DNA of 64,000 bases from Podarcis melisellensis. Its lineage: Eukaryota. This document shows positions 59,595-64,000 of this stretch, piece after piece. A program made the position numbers and the translations under genes. The notes below the pieces were generated by a model. It was not told where the DNA came from. It did no database searches and was given only the letters and a program-made list of their open reading frames with translations. The stretch lies in assembly GCA_964234715.1 (NCBI GenBank), contig OZ174283.1; one strand, written 5' to 3'. How positions within the stretch are numbered: position 1 is the first letter of the stretch; each line of letters begins with the position of its first letter.

Positions 59595-59870
59595 TCTTGA
59601 AAGCTACCTGGTATGTGTGCAGAGCAGGTATCTGGCAGGGCCTACCTGGTGATTACCTAAGGGTACTCCATGCTGTGCGAGGGCATCCCACAGATGAGGG
59701 GCCACCACTGAAGAGGTCTTTTGTCTTGTTGGCACACACCATATGTCACTTGGTGGAGACACTTAGAAAAGGGCTTCTGTTGAAGATCTCAGGGCATGGG
59801 CAGGCAAATCTGGGAAGACATGATCCTTCAGATAATATGGCCCCAGCTGTGAAGGGTCTTTAAAAGTTTT
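59595..59870 (-). mobile_element. Degenerate L2 ORF2 C-terminal fragment
   Basis: Minus strand TFKDPS..GPYYLKDH..PAHALRSS..FSGGPSSVG-like decay of the L2 TYKAL..GPGYLKD..LRS..AFSV.AP.LWN segment. Confidence 0.6.
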
Positions 59871-62392
59871 AAAAAACACCTGCCCTGTTTTTGCTAAAGG
59901 ACACAAGATTTGTGTTGTCTTGCAAGAAGAAATCGCTGGGAGCAGATAAAATAATATAAATCATTCTACTTGCATTCAGTGCAAGAAATATGCTTAGGTC
60001 TGTTTTATATTATGGGCTAAGGAGAATTTCCCTCCCTGCCTCTCTCCCAGTCTTGCTCTCTTAGAAACATGTCATATCCCCTAAGTCCATTTTAAACAAC
60101 TTTATTCTCCATGTATTAAAGTAGAAGCAGCCTGGAAATCCTCTACCTATATTTCCATTATTGTTTCTTGAATTTAAAAGAAATCCAAAAGCACTGGTTA
60201 TAAATACTTCCAGCTAATCCAGGCATAATGTGCCTCAAATGTTAAGCAGAGTTCAGCATTTGAATTTGCTTGAGGGTCATGGGCCATGGGGCTTTGGCAT
60301 TTTATTTTCAGCATCCAGAATAGGCAACAGCGTTCATGTGATTTTGAAGGTGAGAGGCAGTCACCTAGGACCCCAAATCCATGAAGATGTGCATGCAGCT
60401 AATCCACAGGGAGCTCAGCAAAGTCTAGACTTCAAAATATACTTTGGACATGCTCTCTTGCTCCTGTCAAGTTGAAAGAAGGGAAGGGAAGGCACTTGGC
60501 AGAAAAGGATGCAAGCAACAATGAAAGAAGTAGACTTGAGACACAACAATTTAAAAAAAGATTTAACCAGTGGAGTCCCAGAACCAAGAAACAAAACACA
60601 GTGCTCTCTGTCTCCCAGTTTGCAAGTATATCTTCTCCTCGGGTACAGATCTGTCTAATTTTTATTATGCAATATGTAACAAAACCAGAAATTATTTCAT
60701 TGCTCTTTTTACTGATTTACAATTTTAAAGGGTAATAACATGGGACAATGGACAGATGAACATAAGATACAGATGTAAAAAAAAAGTGCACAAACCTAAA
60801 AATGAGGTGGCATCCTTGAATAATATTGTTTTTGACACAGTATGAAAAAAATAAGTACAAATTGGAAAACTGCTTGATCAAATTCACCTTCAAGAGACAA
60901 AGGCCGGCTATGTGGTACCCTCAGCATATGCTCCCCCCCACCATATAAGAATACATTTTTGAGGTGCCTCCAGGGAGCAAGTTTCTCTTCCTCTATCTTC
61001 ATGAATACAGTTGATGAATGTGTACTACATTTCAACCAACTATAAACGCACCCTTAATTGGCTATGGCGCTCGATCTTCCCTTAGAAAACTACCTGAAAC
61101 AGCAGCTTGCGAGGCTAACAAGATTTCTCCGGAAATGCATAGATACCTTTTATTGCACACAAATCTGTATAGAAACATTTTGCTACTGGCCAATATAATT
61201 TAGCCACTGGTAAAATAGTGTTACTCAGAATCTTTATAAAAGGAAATGATGTTCCCTTCCTGACACATGGTGGGGGGCCGGTTATATATAAAAATACAAG
61301 TTTCTCATTCAACTTATTCTTTGTAAATGCAAGTTCCAAGCGTATTTAAGATGAAGGCCTCAGGACTTCTCTTTGTGTCATAAGGGAAACCAGTTAGACA
61401 GCTTTGGCTGACGTTATGAGAGGGCACAAAGTTGCAGTAGTTGTGTGTTGGTAAAATATTTTCAATAATACAGACTATACATTCATATTGTGCTTTTAGA
61501 ATGTACAAAGGATCTTAGGTACGGAGGACCCCTACAACACCCCTGTTAGGTAGGTAGTATTATTGCCATATTGCAAATGTGGTAGAGGGGCTTGCCTTAG
61601 GCCAACCAGTAGCCTTTGAAGCAAGATCCTCTTTCATTGCTAGTTCAGCCTTTCTGCTAGGCAAATGTCTGTGGTTCTCTGTACAGTGGGTTGCATCTCA
61701 TGCAGAAAGAAAACAAGCCTAAAACTCCATCTGTGGAATCATCCATTGATACACCCTTCTGTCCACTACCAATAGTCCTACCCCATACATGCCTATTCAG
61801 AAATAAGTGTCATTAAGTGCAATGGGATTTATGCCCAGATTTGTATAGGATTGCACCCTTTTGCCAGGAAATTAACTTTGGGATTCAAACCTGTTGAGAG
61901 TGCGCCTTATCTTTAGCTCTAACAAGTACCGTAATTCCATCTTATTTTTTTTTTAATGATATTTTATTAAGTTAATAAAATATCCATCTTAAGGCTGACA
62001 GAAAAATCAGGCTGTCAGTTCATTTTAACAAAATTCAAAAGGTTTGTAAAATATTACATTTATTAGGATCAGAGTTCAAGTATGGTATAGAAATCCAGTT
62101 GAGTTGTCTTGCCTAGTAATCTGTAAATTCTTCTCCTTAAGGCAAAGGGACAGTTCTTTGTCTGACAGCCAGTCTGATATAATGTTTAGAGTTGTGGTCA
62201 ACAGCATGGTTCCATGGGCACCAGTTTGCCAATTGTTACCTCCTAAGGTGTCTGCAAGAGGTCACACAAAATAGCCCGTCAAAATATACAATGTATGAGA
62301 TGGTTCTTCCTGCCATTTTGTATTATACAACATACATACCATGTCAGTCATTGTGTGACTGGTACTCATTGCTCTTTCTCAAAATTCCAATA

Positions 62393-62634
62393 CAGTGGTA
62401 CCTCGGGTTACATATGCTTCAGGTTACAGGCGCTTCAGGTTACAGACTCTGCTAACCCATAAATAGTACCTCGGGTTAAGAACTTTGCTTCAGGATGAGA
62501 ACAGAAATTGTGCAGCGGCGGCGCGGTGGCGGCAGGAGGCCCCATTAGCTAAAGTGGTGCATCGGGTTAAGAACAGTTTCAGGTTAAGAACAGACCTCCA
62601 GAACAAATTAAATTCTTAACCCGAGGTACCACTG
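62393..62634 (-). mobile_element. Tigger-like MITE, copy 4
   Basis: Perfect TIR CAGTGGTACCTCGGGTTA at both ends; TA TSD (62391-62392, 62635-62636). Confidence 0.92.
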
Positions 62635-64000
62635 TATGCCCACTGGCCCCCCAAAACTGGTGACCCCTGGTTAGAGTACTGAACAAGGGAGGCTCAGATT
62701 GGTCCCCATCCGTCTGGAAAAGTCACTGGGAAGAGAAGCATGTATATATTGCCCTAAACTCTTTAAAGGAAAGGCAGGATATAAATGCAATATGGTAAAT
62801 CAATAGCAATACCTATGCTGGTAGAAAAATTGTAGAACTGATGCAAGATGGTCAAGAATGTGTCACACAGAGACAGAGCAGGACTGATATTGCACGGAAA
62901 TAAGTGCTTCAGTATATCTTTACATTTTTCAAACAATATTTAATGCTAAGGAATGTGTTCCCTTTGTAGCACACAGATGGCAGATGGCATCTCAGAAGAC
63001 TTTTCCATCTAAATACCCGAAATAAATAGTAAATAATGTCATTATCATTATGCAAAATCAAAATGATGAGAGGCAGCCATGGAAATAGAAGCCAGAGCTC
63101 TAAAAGCCTCTTTTTACAGAGCCAACTTTTGTCTCAGCGACATGAAAACAAAATAAACGTTCCTTTAAAACACCACAAGTTATCTCATAATTGAAGCAAT
63201 CTTTTCTGTATAGCTTGGACAGCAACAGGAGGGGAGGGAACCCAAGGCATTTTTTTTTTGTTGTTGTTCTGGAACAGTCTCAAAGGCAGAATGAGCCTGG
63301 CCTTTTGGGGCCTGAAATAACCTACACTCAGGGCAACAGTCATCACCCAGAACACAGAACAGATGGCAGCGTGGTTGCCTCACTCACACATACAGGTTAC
63401 TGAGCAGATGCCTTGAGGGCTAAGTATCAATTTTTTTGTGACAAAAAAAATCATGTAGGGTTTCAGGGCAGTCTTGTACACGCTTCACCAAAAAGAAAAA
63501 GGAAAAAGGAAACAAAGGAAAGCACCTCTACAGCAAATAAGAAAAAGTTACCAGGGAAAAGGCAAAATGTCAACCGAAAATCAAAATCAGAAACTACAAT
63601 CCAGTTATTAATGCTTCACATATCACCTTCCCCGGTCCTTTTTTGTTTAAGTAGGGTACTTCCTGTTCAAATTATTGCACATTTTATTGAGGTAATGCAC
63701 AGCAGTTCAAGACATGAGCATGGAAGAAATGCTATTATACATTCTCCATCTGTTTTGCTGAAAAGGTCAGCCTACCTGAGCAGCAGCCACTCACCTCTTT
63801 CAAATGCCAGCTGTTCAACATATAAAGGCAGTGACTGGAGAATGGAGGCAGAGGGAGGGAATTGAGAAAGAAAGCATAAGCGCTTAGCCTCCTCAAGTGA
63901 TTGGTACCAGTCACTAAACAATGTGACGGCAGGGCAAGAATATAATCCTGTAGATTTAACTGATGTGTTGTGGTTTCAAAAATGAGCTACAAAATATGAC

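Noticed and set aside
63413-63865. 150-aa Lys-rich ORF
   Set aside because: TTG start; the Lys richness comes from A-runs; no domain or splice structure.
1-64000. The many short ORFs (mostly 60-160 aa) in the ORF track as host genes
   Set aside because: Many start at TTG/GTG, overlap SINEs or microsatellites, or have no domain I recognise; such ORFs are expected by chance in vertebrate non-coding DNA.

Overview
Vertebrate, not prokaryotic, genomic DNA. The repeat content (Sauria/Squam1 SINEs, a (TTC)n-tailed POM-type SINE, CR1, L2, BovB/RTE, RTE-X, L1, hAT and Tc1/pogo MITEs) points to a squamate, most likely a lacertid lizard. I could not recognise any host protein-coding exon, so the window looks like a long intron or an intergenic region with TE-poor, enhancer-like stretches. 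The only convincing coding sequences belong to retrotransposons: a full-length 6.2-kb L1 (38748-44938, 18-bp TSD, ORF1 and ORF2, with an RT FADD>FADN change and a probable C-terminal +1 frameshift) and a 5'-truncated RTE-X-like LINE with an open frame (26487-27806, 13-bp TSD). There are also two solo LTRs with 5-bp TSDs. The most unusual items are: a TSD-flanked perfect palindrome made only of the RTE-X tail repeat (49450-49480); a Bov-A-like bipartite BovB derivative; a solo LTR with an acidic U3 reading frame; and an unexplained hairpin-rich segment bounded by a 31-bp exact direct repeat. Family names come from my recognition of motifs, not from a database search. I found no clear evidence of a novel multi-gene system.
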